The notes beneath the pieces are model-generated. The model was not told the DNA's origin. It was given only the letters and a program-made list of their open reading frames with translations, and made no database searches. Below are positions 9,478 to 21,419 of a stretch of 64,000 nt of DNA, one piece after another (position 1 is the first letter of the stretch; every line of letters starts with the position of its first letter). The translations under genes and the position numbers were made by a program. The DNA is from an uncultured Muribaculaceae bacterium (GTDB lineage: Bacteria > Bacillota_I > Bacilli_A > RF39 > UBA660): contig CAYJKH010000001.1 in NCBI GenBank assembly GCA_964371025.1, positions 2,077 to 66,076 on the forward strand. The letters are read 5' to 3'.

Positions 9478-10117
9478 TAAAAGAAAAGAATTCTCCCCAA
9501 ACACTATAGCAATATTTGGTTCAATATTAGCTATTTTAGGAGGATTTTTTCTTTCATATAATTATTTAGAAGAAAAAAAAATATATGCTCATGATCAAAT
9601 GGGGAATTTATTATACAAAGAGGAAGAACCAAAAGAAACTGTTGTAGAAGAAAAAGAAGAGGAAGTAGAACCTGTTCAAGAAGAAGTAAAAGTAGAAACT
9701 ATTGTTAACAAAAATGAATATTTAGGGTATTTAGAGATACCAAAAATTAATTTATTAAAAGGTTTTTATGATAAAACTTCTCCACTAAATGATGTGGAAA
9801 AAAATATTATGGTAATGCCAGAATCGTCATATCCGGATGTTGACCGAGGAAACTTAATTATTTCAGGTCACTCTGGAACAGGGTGGAAAGCATTTTTTGA
9901 CAACTTAGAAAAGCTTAATAAAGGTGATGAGTTAATTGTTAAATATAATAACAAAAAGTATACATACCAACTTACTAATATCTATGAAGTAGAAAAAGAT
10001 GGAACTGTTGCAATATATCGTAATTATAATAAAACAACTTTAACTTTAATCACGTGTACAAATAATATAGACACTTCACAAAGTATTTATATAGCAGAGT
10101 TAATATCTGTAGAATAA
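9458..10117 (+). CDS. sortase (TLxTC catalytic motif)
   Basis: N-terminal TM, YLGYLEIPKINL, active-site His in LIISGHSG, catalytic Cys in TLTLITCTNN; immediately downstream of the TED adhesin. Confidence 0.8.
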   Translation: MQKQKTNKRKEFSPNTIAIFGSILAILGGFFLSYNYLEEKKIYAHDQMGNLLYKEEEPKETVVEEKEEEVEPVQEEVKVETIVNKNEYLGYLEIPKINLLKGFYDKTSPLNDVEKNIMVMPESSYPDVDRGNLIISGHSGTGWKAFFDNLEKLNKGDELIVKYNNKKYTYQLTNIYEVEKDGTVAIYRNYNKTTLTLITCTNNIDTSQSIYIAELISVE

Positions 10118-10141
10118 AATATTTAAAAGGGGGTGAAGGTG

Positions 10142-11074
10142 ATGTCTAATATAAGTTTTTTAGATAAAATAAGAATAATTTTAGATCAAACTTCATCTTC
10201 AATTCTTTTTATTATTATCTTTATTTTAATGTTATTTTTCTGTTATATTATAGGAACTATGAATGAAGAAAAATTCAAAAATAATAAAAAGAAAATATTA
10301 ATTCCATTTTTACTATTACCAATTGGAATTATAATATTTTTCTTTGAACATATTACAAAATTATTTGATTCTATGATGAATAATTTATTTGTAATGATAT
10401 ACTTTCCAAATATTAGCTTATATATTAGTTTTATATTAATAACTAATATTATTGTAATAATATCTTTACTTAATAGTAAAATTTCAAAAGTTCTAAAGAT
10501 GGTTAATATCGGAGTATTCTTATTTTTAAATTTTATATTAATATTAATCCTAAACATAATAAAAACTAATGAATTAGATCCATTTAGTCAAACATCGCTA
10601 TATAGTAGTAATGATATAGTAGGATTAGTGGAAATATCTAGTGTCTTGTTTTTTATCTGGATTTTATTCTTAATAATTTATAAGGTTATTATTCAATATT
10701 TTGATTATAATAAATCTCCTATAAAAGAAGTAGAAGTAGTAGAAAAAATTGTATATGAAACTAAAAAAGAAATTCAAGTAGTAGAAAAAGAAGTATATAA
10801 AGAAGTTAATTTAGAAATGTTTACTCTTGCTGACTATAAAAAAATGCTTGAAATATTAAAAAAAGATAATCAAGTAATAAAACCATTAATTACAAAAACT
10901 TCTATAGAAGAAATAGTAGAAGAAAAAGAATACGAAATAAAAGAAGAAAAAGAATACGAAACAGAACTTGATCGTTTATTAGATTTTTCAAATAATACAG
11001 TATGTGACCCAATTGAGGTAACTACAAATTTAAAATATCTGGAATTACAAGAATTATATAAAAGTGTAAATTAA
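10142..11074 (+). CDS. hypothetical polytopic membrane protein with Lys/Glu-rich coiled-coil C-terminus
   Basis: multiple hydrophobic helices then KEVEVVEKIVYETKKEIQVVEKEVYKEV and tandem EEKEYE(I/T) repeats; ATG 10142 behind AAGGGGGTGAAGG. Confidence 0.45.
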   Translation: MSNISFLDKIRIILDQTSSSILFIIIFILMLFFCYIIGTMNEEKFKNNKKKILIPFLLLPIGIIIFFFEHITKLFDSMMNNLFVMIYFPNISLYISFILITNIIVIISLLNSKISKVLKMVNIGVFLFLNFILILILNIIKTNELDPFSQTSLYSSNDIVGLVEISSVLFFIWILFLIIYKVIIQYFDYNKSPIKEVEVVEKIVYETKKEIQVVEKEVYKEVNLEMFTLADYKKMLEILKKDNQVIKPLITKTSIEEIVEEKEYEIKEEKEYETELDRLLDFSNNTVCDPIEVTTNLKYLELQELYKSVN

Positions 11075-11101
11075 TACAAAAATTTACATGATCAAAAAAA
11101 T

Positions 11102-11135
11102 GCTCTTTACATATAAAAAGAGTATTTTCTTTTTA
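11102..11135 (+). terminator. possible rho-independent terminator
   Basis: CTCTTT-acatata-AAAGAG hairpin followed by TATTTTCTTTTT. Confidence 0.35.
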
Positions 11136-11182
11136 TATTAATAGTAATTTGATATAATGTATATTGTAGATTGGGGAACATT

Positions 11183-12367
11183 ATGAATTTAACAAAAAAA
11201 CATTCAGTAGTATTTTATATATCTTTATTTTTAATAATAACATTTACTACTTTAATTACAATTAGCTTTAATAGTACTTATTTAATTACTTTACCGATAA
11301 GAGTAATATTAATTATTTTAGTAGTTTTATTACTTGCTTATATTATATTTTATATTAAGATTAATAAAAAAATAAAAAAGGTTGCTTTTATTTTATTTAC
11401 AATTTATTTTTTAGGGTGTAGTGGATTTTTGTTTTTGTTATATGGATCTAACGAAACTTTTAGAACATGGTTAATTACTACTGCTATGAAAACTAAAACT
11501 CATCAGTATTATTGTATGTGGTTTTATAGTGATGAAACAATTGAAAAAGTTTTAAGTGAAAACTTCTTAGTAGAGCCAGAAGGAAATACAGATCCTAATT
11601 TAATAAATGGACAAGTTACATATGCTAATGAATATGAAAAGCAAATCCTAGATAGAGATAGTGATGCTTTATATAAAATTATTCGTTTTAAAGTAAATGA
11701 TCAAGATGCTTATTTAGCAGCAATTTATGATCCAGCTGATGTTCATGTTGCAGTTACTAAAGACTTAAATGTTTCAGGACAATTTGTAACCGAGATGGCT
11801 GAAGATCATAAAGCTCCACTAGCAATTAATGGTGGTAACTTTATAGATCCAAATTATAGTAGTACAGGAGGAACACCTAAGGGAATTACTTTCTCAATGG
11901 GGCAAATGTATACAGGAACTGGGCAAATTTCAAATATAGTAGGATTCAATGAAGATAATGTATTAATGTTAATGAGAAATACCTCATCAACTGAAGTTGA
12001 AAATAATAATATTAGAGATTGTGTATATGGATATCCCTTTTTAATAGTAAATGGGGAACCTGCCTTTGCTAGAGGTAATGGTGGATGGGGATATGCGGCA
12101 AGAACAGCGATTGGTCAAAGAAGCGATGGAATTGTTTTAATGTTAGTAGTAGATTCAAATGAGTTTAGAACTAATGGAGCGTCTATGATAGATATGACTG
12201 AAATAATGCAAAGATATGGAGCCGTTAATGCCTCAGCCTTAGATGGTGGAACATCTAGTGTAATGGTTGAAAATTATGAATTAATTAGTGATCCAATTGA
12301 TGGAGGATTAAGACATCAAACAAGACCAGTAGCAACAAGCTTTATTGTAAAAGATCTAGATAAATAA
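11183..12367 (+). CDS. membrane-anchored protein, probable phosphodiester glycosidase (NAGPA-like, DUF2233) family
   Basis: N-terminal TM helices; C-terminal region with LDGGTSSVMV resembling the conserved DGGGSS motif of the phosphodiester glycosidase family; weak call. Confidence 0.4.
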   Translation: MNLTKKHSVVFYISLFLIITFTTLITISFNSTYLITLPIRVILIILVVLLLAYIIFYIKINKKIKKVAFILFTIYFLGCSGFLFLLYGSNETFRTWLITTAMKTKTHQYYCMWFYSDETIEKVLSENFLVEPEGNTDPNLINGQVTYANEYEKQILDRDSDALYKIIRFKVNDQDAYLAAIYDPADVHVAVTKDLNVSGQFVTEMAEDHKAPLAINGGNFIDPNYSSTGGTPKGITFSMGQMYTGTGQISNIVGFNEDNVLMLMRNTSSTEVENNNIRDCVYGYPFLIVNGEPAFARGNGGWGYAARTAIGQRSDGIVLMLVVDSNEFRTNGASMIDMTEIMQRYGAVNASALDGGTSSVMVENYELISDPIDGGLRHQTRPVATSFIVKDLDK

Positions 12368-12383
12368 AATAACAGGAGTAGGT

Positions 12384-14480
12384 ATGAATATAAATGAACT
12401 AAATAATGAACAAAAAGAAGCAGTAATATATAATAGTGGACCATTATTAATAATAGCTGGAGCTGGAGCTGGAAAAACTAAAACTTTAACAACCAAAATT
12501 GCATATCTAATTGAAGAAGAACTAGCAAAGCCAACGGAAATTTTAGCTATTACATTTACAAATAAAGCAGCTAAAGAGATGAAAGATAGATTATATGGAA
12601 TGTTAACAGATATTTCATCAAGAATTCAAGTATCTACATTTCATAGCTTTGGTGTAAAACTATTAAGAGAAAATTATGAAGCTTTAGGATATGATAAAAA
12701 TTTTCTAATTATGGATAGTGATGATTCATTATCAGTAATAAAAAGAATATTAAAAGATTTGAATTATGATCCAAAATATTATAATCCAAGGGCAATTAGA
12801 AATAAAATTAGTAGTTGTAAAAATGAAATGATGACTCCTAATATGTATGAAAAATATGCAGTAGGAGAATATGATAAAGTAGTATTAGAAGTATATCAAA
12901 AATATGAAGAAAAGTTAAAAGCAAATAACTCAGTAGATTTTGATGATTTATTAATCCTACCAATTAAATTATTTGAAGAAAATGAAAGTATCTTAAATAA
13001 ATATCAAGATATTTATAAATATATATTAATAGACGAGTATCAAGATACTAATGAAGCACAGTATATTTTAACAAAAAAATTATCTTTAAAGTATAAAAAT
13101 ATTACGGTAGTAGGAGATGACTCTCAAAGTATATATAGTTTTAGAGGAGCCAATTATAAAAATATTTTAAACTTTGAAAAAGATTATACTAATGCTAAAA
13201 CAATTTTATTAGAAGAAAATTATAGATCAACTTCTAACATACTAGATGCTGCTAATGAAGTTATCAAAAATAATAAACAAAGAAAAGATAAAAAATTATG
13301 GACTTCAAAAACAGGAGGTAGTTTAATTAAGTATTATAGATCTTTTAATGAAAGAGACGAAGCTCAATATGTTATAAGAAAAATAAAAGAATTAATTAAG
13401 CAAGATGTTGAATATAAAGATATGGCAATTTTGTATCGTACTAATGCTCAATCACGTGTTTTAGAAGAAGAATTATTAAAAGAAAATTTTCCATATAAAG
13501 TAGTTGGAAGTTTTTACTTCTATTCCAGAAAAGAAATAAAAGACTTAATTGCATACTTAAGGGTTATTCATAATAGTAAAGATAATGTTTCTTTACTTAG
13601 AACTATAAATACTCCTAAGCGTGGTATTGGACTTAAGACTATTGAAAATTTAACAGTAAAAGCCGATGCAAATAATACAAGTATTTATGATGCAATAACT
13701 TCATCAAAAGAATTTGAATATAAGAAAATAATTGAACAACTAAAGAGTATAAAGGATGAACTAACACTTACTGAGTTAATTGATAAAGTATTAGATGCAA
13801 GTGGAATGAGACAAGAATTAGAAAATGAAAAGACCCTAGAAAGTGAAATTAGATTAGAAAATTTAGAAGAGTTTAAATCAATTACAAAGTCTTTTGAAGA
13901 AAAAGAGGGAGTAGTTTCATTAGAAGAATTTTTACTAGAAATTAGTTTAGTTAGTGATGTAGAAGAATATAAAAATGATCCTAATCGAATTAGTTTAATG
14001 ACGATTCACTCTGTTAAAGGATTAGAATATGATAATGTTTTTGTAGTGGGTATGGAAGAAGGAATATTTCCGCATGTTAATAGTTTAATGGAAAATTCTG
14101 AAATAGAAGAAGAAAGAAGATTATGCTATGTTGCAATAACTAGAGCTAAAAAAGAATTGCATTTAATCAATGCCCGTACCAGAACTTTATTTGGTAAAGA
14201 GCAAGTTAATCCAGTGAGTAGATTTATAGCAGAAATACCAAAAGAACTACTAGAAACTAATGTTAAAGAAGAAGTTTCAATAGCAAGTCAAAAGATTAAT
14301 GTTAGTAAAAACTTTAGAGTTGAAGAAGTAGAATATAAAGTAAATGATTTTGTTTATCATGATACATTTGGAACTGGTAAAGTTATGGAAGTTACTAATA
14401 CTTTAGTTACTGTTGCATTTAAACACCCACATGGTATTAAAAAATTAATGAAAAATCATATGAAATTATCGAAAGTGTAG
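12384..14480 (+). CDS. pcrA: ATP-dependent DNA helicase PcrA (UvrD family)
   Basis: Walker A GAGAGKTKTLT, helicase motifs (DEYQDTN, VVGDDSQSIYSFRGA, YRS, TIHSVKGLEYD..VF); 698 aa; upstream of ligA as is typical in Firmicutes. Confidence 0.9.
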   Translation: MNINELNNEQKEAVIYNSGPLLIIAGAGAGKTKTLTTKIAYLIEEELAKPTEILAITFTNKAAKEMKDRLYGMLTDISSRIQVSTFHSFGVKLLRENYEALGYDKNFLIMDSDDSLSVIKRILKDLNYDPKYYNPRAIRNKISSCKNEMMTPNMYEKYAVGEYDKVVLEVYQKYEEKLKANNSVDFDDLLILPIKLFEENESILNKYQDIYKYILIDEYQDTNEAQYILTKKLSLKYKNITVVGDDSQSIYSFRGANYKNILNFEKDYTNAKTILLEENYRSTSNILDAANEVIKNNKQRKDKKLWTSKTGGSLIKYYRSFNERDEAQYVIRKIKELIKQDVEYKDMAILYRTNAQSRVLEEELLKENFPYKVVGSFYFYSRKEIKDLIAYLRVIHNSKDNVSLLRTINTPKRGIGLKTIENLTVKADANNTSIYDAITSSKEFEYKKIIEQLKSIKDELTLTELIDKVLDASGMRQELENEKTLESEIRLENLEEFKSITKSFEEKEGVVSLEEFLLEISLVSDVEEYKNDPNRISLMTIHSVKGLEYDNVFVVGMEEGIFPHVNSLMENSEIEEERRLCYVAITRAKKELHLINARTRTLFGKEQVNPVSRFIAEIPKELLETNVKEEVSIASQKINVSKNFRVEEVEYKVNDFVYHDTFGTGKVMEVTNTLVTVAFKHPHGIKKLMKNHMKLSKV

Positions 14481-14487
14481 GGAAGAT

Positions 14488-15408
14488 ATGAAAAAAGATA
14501 TAACGCTACTAATATTAGCAGCCGGAATGGGATCACGTTTTGGAGGATTAAAACAAATTGAAGAAATGGGACCAAATAAAGAGTTTATTATCGATTACTC
14601 AATTTATGATGCTAAAAAAGCAGGATTTAATAAAGTAGTATTTCTAATTAAAGAAGAAAATTATGATAAATTTGTAGAAACAATCGGTAAAAGAGTAGAA
14701 CCTCATATTAAGGTTGAATATTGTTTTCAAAAAAATGATAATGTACCATCTAATATTAATATACCAAGTACTAGAATTAAGCCATTAGGAACAGCTCATG
14801 CAATATTATGTTGTAAGGATAAAATAAAAGAAAATTTTGCAATTATAAATGCAGATGATTTTTATGGATTTGATGCATTTTTAAAAGCATATCAATTTTT
14901 ATCAAAAGAAAATAATAAAATTCCTAATTATGGACTAATTGGTTATGAAGCTAGTAAAACAATTACAGAAAATGGTTCGGTAAAAAGAGGAATATGTATC
15001 TTTGATGAGGATAATAATATAGAAGATATAGTAGAAAGCGTTATTAAATATGATAATAATCATAATTTAGTAGCATCTCCTTTAAATAAAGAAGACTTTA
15101 AACCCATATCAAAAGATACTACTGTTTCTATGAATTTGCTATTATTTACGAAAGATATCTTTAAATATTTAGAGAGTGACTTTTCAAACTTTTTAGAGTA
15201 TAATATAAATGACTTAGATACTTGTGAATACCTTATTCCAGAAGTCTTATCAGATGTTGTTAATAAAAAACTTGCAACTGGGAAAGTGATAAAAACTTCT
15301 GCATTATGGTATGGAGTTACTTACAAAGAGGATACACCAATTGTTAAAGAAGCACTTGCCAATTTAATAGAGCAAAAAATATATAAATCTAAGTTATGGG
15401 AGGAATAA
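14488..15408 (+). CDS. sugar-phosphate nucleotidyltransferase family protein
   Basis: LAAGMGSRFGGLK (G-x-G-x-R nucleotide-binding signature of NTP_transferase family); 306 aa. Confidence 0.55.
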   Translation: MKKDITLLILAAGMGSRFGGLKQIEEMGPNKEFIIDYSIYDAKKAGFNKVVFLIKEENYDKFVETIGKRVEPHIKVEYCFQKNDNVPSNINIPSTRIKPLGTAHAILCCKDKIKENFAIINADDFYGFDAFLKAYQFLSKENNKIPNYGLIGYEASKTITENGSVKRGICIFDEDNNIEDIVESVIKYDNNHNLVASPLNKEDFKPISKDTTVSMNLLLFTKDIFKYLESDFSNFLEYNINDLDTCEYLIPEVLSDVVNKKLATGKVIKTSALWYGVTYKEDTPIVKEALANLIEQKIYKSKLWEE

Positions 15409-15409
15409 A

Positions 15410-18069
<2,660 letters not shown>

Positions 18070-18132
18070 AAACTTGCAAAAACAGTAAAAATTTGTTATT
18101 ATATATACCATTCATATGAAGGAGGAATTTAT

Positions 18133-18888
18133 ATGTTTAGTATTTTTAAAAAGAACGAATATTTATATACTGATGAATATTATGAAGAAAAAACTACAGA
18201 TGAAAATAAATTTAAAAACTTATTCAATAAGAAACAAAAAAATAAACATATAGATGATAACTATCAAGAAGAACCTAAAAACTTTAAAAGTAGTATGTTT
18301 AGTAATTTTAACCCAAATAAAAAAGAAGAAAAGAAAAATAGTAATAATATATTAAAATCTATCTTTATTAAGCCCCTAATTATACTAGTAATAATACTAA
18401 TATTAGTTACTATAGTTATTATTGATATATATAGGGTAAGTACTAGTGATAAAAAACCATTATTTGCAATAGAGACTAAAACACACGATGATGGTGGTAC
18501 AAAAGAGTATTTGGGGTTATTTTATAAAGTGATAAAATATAATCAAGATGATGGAAAGAAAAGTAATGAAGTAGGTTTCTGGACTTTAAATTATGATACT
18601 ACTCCTGTAAAAATTGATTTTAATAAAGTAAATAAAGAAAGTGAATTAAAAGAGTTATATAATACATATATTGAATTTACTTCTCCAATTAAATATTTAG
18701 GAATTGAAGATAAGTCATTTGTTTTTGAGTATGAAGTAGAGAATAATAAATATTTAGTATATTGTCAATTATATGACTTAGATATTAATATATCAGACTT
18801 CGCAGTTGATCAAGAAATTAAATTAACGGGAGTTGTATCTGAATATAGTGATAGTGAACTTTTAATTAATAATTGTAATTTAAAATAA
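18133..18888 (+). CDS. hypothetical membrane-anchored protein
   Basis: Lys/Asn-rich N-terminus, one TM (LIILVIILILVTIVIIDIY), extracytoplasmic C-terminus; no known motif. Confidence 0.45.
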   Translation: MFSIFKKNEYLYTDEYYEEKTTDENKFKNLFNKKQKNKHIDDNYQEEPKNFKSSMFSNFNPNKKEEKKNSNNILKSIFIKPLIILVIILILVTIVIIDIYRVSTSDKKPLFAIETKTHDDGGTKEYLGLFYKVIKYNQDDGKKSNEVGFWTLNYDTTPVKIDFNKVNKESELKELYNTYIEFTSPIKYLGIEDKSFVFEYEVENNKYLVYCQLYDLDINISDFAVDQEIKLTGVVSEYSDSELLINNCNLK

Positions 18889-18911
18889 GAAAATTTGTAA
18901 AAAATATACAA

Positions 18912-18940
18912 AAAGAATATTTAAAAATATTCTTTTTTAT
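18912..18940 (+). terminator. rho-independent terminator
   Basis: AAGAATATTT/AAATATTCTT inverted repeat followed by TTTTTT. Confidence 0.6.
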
Positions 18941-18977
18941 TGTATACTAATATTAATAATATAAGAAAGGTAAATAT

Positions 18978-21029
18978 ATGGGTGTATATCAAAAAGCATA
19001 TTTCGCATTTTTAGGATTAATACTAATGACACTAGTATTTTTCAACGTGTCTTATGCTATATATGACTCAACATATGAAGAACTAGGAGTAGTTCAAATG
19101 AGTTTATCTACTTTGGAACCCTTATTAGAAAGTGACTCATTTAATGAGAATAAAGAAATAACAGTTCCTGCTAATTCTACTAAAGAAGTTGTAATCACTT
19201 TAACTAATATATATGAAGATGAGATAAAAGCTAATTTATATTATCAGGCTAATCATGAAGATACAGCAGCATATTATGATAAAACACCTACCCCTCAAGA
19301 GGACGGAAAGTTAATACCAAAATATGGTGATGTTGGTCATGTTGAAACATATACAGTGTATTTAGAAAATAATGATATTTATAGTAGGACTTTCGCTTTT
19401 GGTAGTTCTGGAGGATTAAAGTATAATGATTTAATTTTTCCATCAAAAGAAGATGGATATAGAGTAGTAGAAATGTATCCTAATATAATGATGGAAGGAG
19501 GAGACTTTTTTGATACATTTGAAGGAGTTTATACTTCGGGGGTTGAATTTGAAGATGAAATCAATCCTAATTACAAAGATTATTCAAAATACTATGACTT
19601 ATCAGCTGGTAGAAATGGGCGAGTAATTGGCTATATCGATGAAAATAATATTTTAAAAATTCAAGCAAATGGTAAAATACAAGCTAATAAAAATTCTGCT
19701 TCCCTTTTCTTGAGGTTTCAAGCACCATACGTAAATTTTAATAATAATTTTGATACAAGTAAAGTAACAAGTATGTCTCATATGTTTGAGAGTAGTAAAT
19801 TTACTAATTTAGATTTAAGTTCATTTGATACAAGTAATGTTATAAGTATGTCCCATATGTTTGATGATTCGACAGCACAAAATATTAATATATCATCTTT
19901 TGATACAAGTAAAGTAACAGATATGTCTTATTTATTTTATTATAGTAACGTAACAGAAGTTGATATTAGTAACTTTAATACGAGTCAAGTAATAGATATG
20001 GAAGGTATGTTTAGAAACGCAGAAATTACGACATTAAATATTACTAATTTTGATACAAGTAAAGTAACAAGTATGTCGGGTATGTTTTATCAGACTAAAA
20101 TTACAAATATTGATTTATTAAATTTTAATACAAGCAATGTTATTGAAATGACAGCAATGTTTCGTAATAGTCAATTCCAAGAATTAGATTTAAGTTCATT
20201 TGATACTAGTAATGTAAAATATATGGGAGATATGTTTAGAGGATGTATTGCTACTAGTATGGATATATCTACATTTAACACAAATAATGTTATAACAATG
20301 TCATATATGTTTGGTGGAAATAAATTATCAACATTAGATATTACTCACTTTGATACAAGTCAAGTATTGGATATGTCGGGTATGTTTAGCGGGACACAAG
20401 ATTTAAATTTAGATGTTTCAACTATTGATACAAGTCAAGTGACAAATATGGAGTATATGTTTTCTACAAGTAAAGCTACAATACTAAATTTATCTAATTT
20501 CATCACTACTAATGTGACTAATATGGAAGGGATGTTTTCTAATAGTGATGTTTTAGATTTGAATCTATCTTCCTTTGATACAAGTAAAGTGACTAATATG
20601 GAAAAGATGTTTAATCAAACGAAAATGACGATATTAAACTTATCAAACTTTAATACGAGTAGTGTAACTAATATGAGAGAAATGTTTCTATATGCCAAAA
20701 TAATTAATATGGATTTAACTTCATTTAATACAAGTAAAGTAACAGATATGCATCGCATGTTTTATGGTTGCACTGCTTCCTCAATTAATGTAACCTCATT
20801 TAATACAAGTAAAGTAACTAATATGGGTGATATGTTTGTTTCTGTTAATGTTCCAGTTTTAGACTTGAGTTCATTTGATACTAGTAGTGCATCAGGTACA
20901 TATAGTATGTATAGAATGTTCCAAAATAGTTCAACTACATTAGTTTATGCTAGAACAGAGACTGATAAAGCAAGATTTGATGCAACATATTTAAAACCTG
21001 CTACTTTAAATGTAGAAGTAAAAAATTAA
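18978..21029 (+). CDS. secreted surface protein composed of ~20 tandem DUF285/BspA-type ~26-aa repeats
   Basis: N-terminal signal peptide. Repeated units (I/L)xxFDTS(K/N)V(T/I)xMxxMF... (e.g. FDTSKVTSMSHMF, FNTSQVIDMEGMF) from about residue 255 to 650. Matches the Mycoplasma/Clostridia DUF285 leucine-rich-like repeat pattern. Confidence 0.7.
   Translation: MGVYQKAYFAFLGLILMTLVFFNVSYAIYDSTYEELGVVQMSLSTLEPLLESDSFNENKEITVPANSTKEVVITLTNIYEDEIKANLYYQANHEDTAAYYDKTPTPQEDGKLIPKYGDVGHVETYTVYLENNDIYSRTFAFGSSGGLKYNDLIFPSKEDGYRVVEMYPNIMMEGGDFFDTFEGVYTSGVEFEDEINPNYKDYSKYYDLSAGRNGRVIGYIDENNILKIQANGKIQANKNSASLFLRFQAPYVNFNNNFDTSKVTSMSHMFESSKFTNLDLSSFDTSNVISMSHMFDDSTAQNINISSFDTSKVTDMSYLFYYSNVTEVDISNFNTSQVIDMEGMFRNAEITTLNITNFDTSKVTSMSGMFYQTKITNIDLLNFNTSNVIEMTAMFRNSQFQELDLSSFDTSNVKYMGDMFRGCIATSMDISTFNTNNVITMSYMFGGNKLSTLDITHFDTSQVLDMSGMFSGTQDLNLDVSTIDTSQVTNMEYMFSTSKATILNLSNFITTNVTNMEGMFSNSDVLDLNLSSFDTSKVTNMEKMFNQTKMTILNLSNFNTSSVTNMREMFLYAKIINMDLTSFNTSKVTDMHRMFYGCTASSINVTSFNTSKVTNMGDMFVSVNVPVLDLSSFDTSSASGTYSMYRMFQNSSTTLVYARTETDKARFDATYLKPATLNVEVKN
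19745..20925 (+). repeat. tandem ~78-nt coding repeats (DUF285 units) inside CDS 18978-21029
   Basis: recurring ttt(g/a)atac(a/g)agtaa(a/t)gt(a/t)ac(a/t)...atgt...atgttt units visible at DNA level. Confidence 0.7.
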
Positions 21030-21055
21030 GATAAGTTATTCTTATCTTTTTCTTT
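21027..21055 (+). terminator. rho-independent terminator
   Basis: AAGATAAG-ttatt-CTTATCTT followed by TTTCTTTT; stop codon inside stem. Confidence 0.65.
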
Positions 21056-21115
21056 TGATATTTTGAAAAAAAGTGATTTTATGATATAATATCACTTGAT
21101 AAAGGAGTAATTATT

Positions 21116-21412
21116 ATGAGTGATAAATTAACAAAAGAAGAAGTATTACATGTAGCAAATTTAGCTAAAATAGAGATAAATGATATGGAAATAGAGGAAT
21201 ATCAAATAAAATTAAAAAAACTTATGGATGATATTTCTAAAATAGAAAAAGTAGAAATTGAGGATGATAACATGTTAATAGCACCATTAACACATGTAGC
21301 AGAGTTAAGAGATGATGTTGAGGATAAAATGTTAGAGGCGAAAGAGGTTGTTAATAATGCACCTCGCAAGAGTGGTAATTTTATTGAAGTACCAGCAGTT
21401 ATAAAGGATTAG
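21116..21412 (+). CDS. gatC: Asp-tRNA(Asn)/Glu-tRNA(Gln) amidotransferase subunit C
   Basis: 98-aa protein immediately upstream of gatA/gatB; LTKEEVLHVANLAKIEI start typical of GatC. Confidence 0.85.
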   Translation: MSDKLTKEEVLHVANLAKIEINDMEIEEYQIKLKKLMDDISKIEKVEIEDDNMLIAPLTHVAELRDDVEDKMLEAKEVVNNAPRKSGNFIEVPAVIKD

Positions 21413-21419
21413 GTGAATT

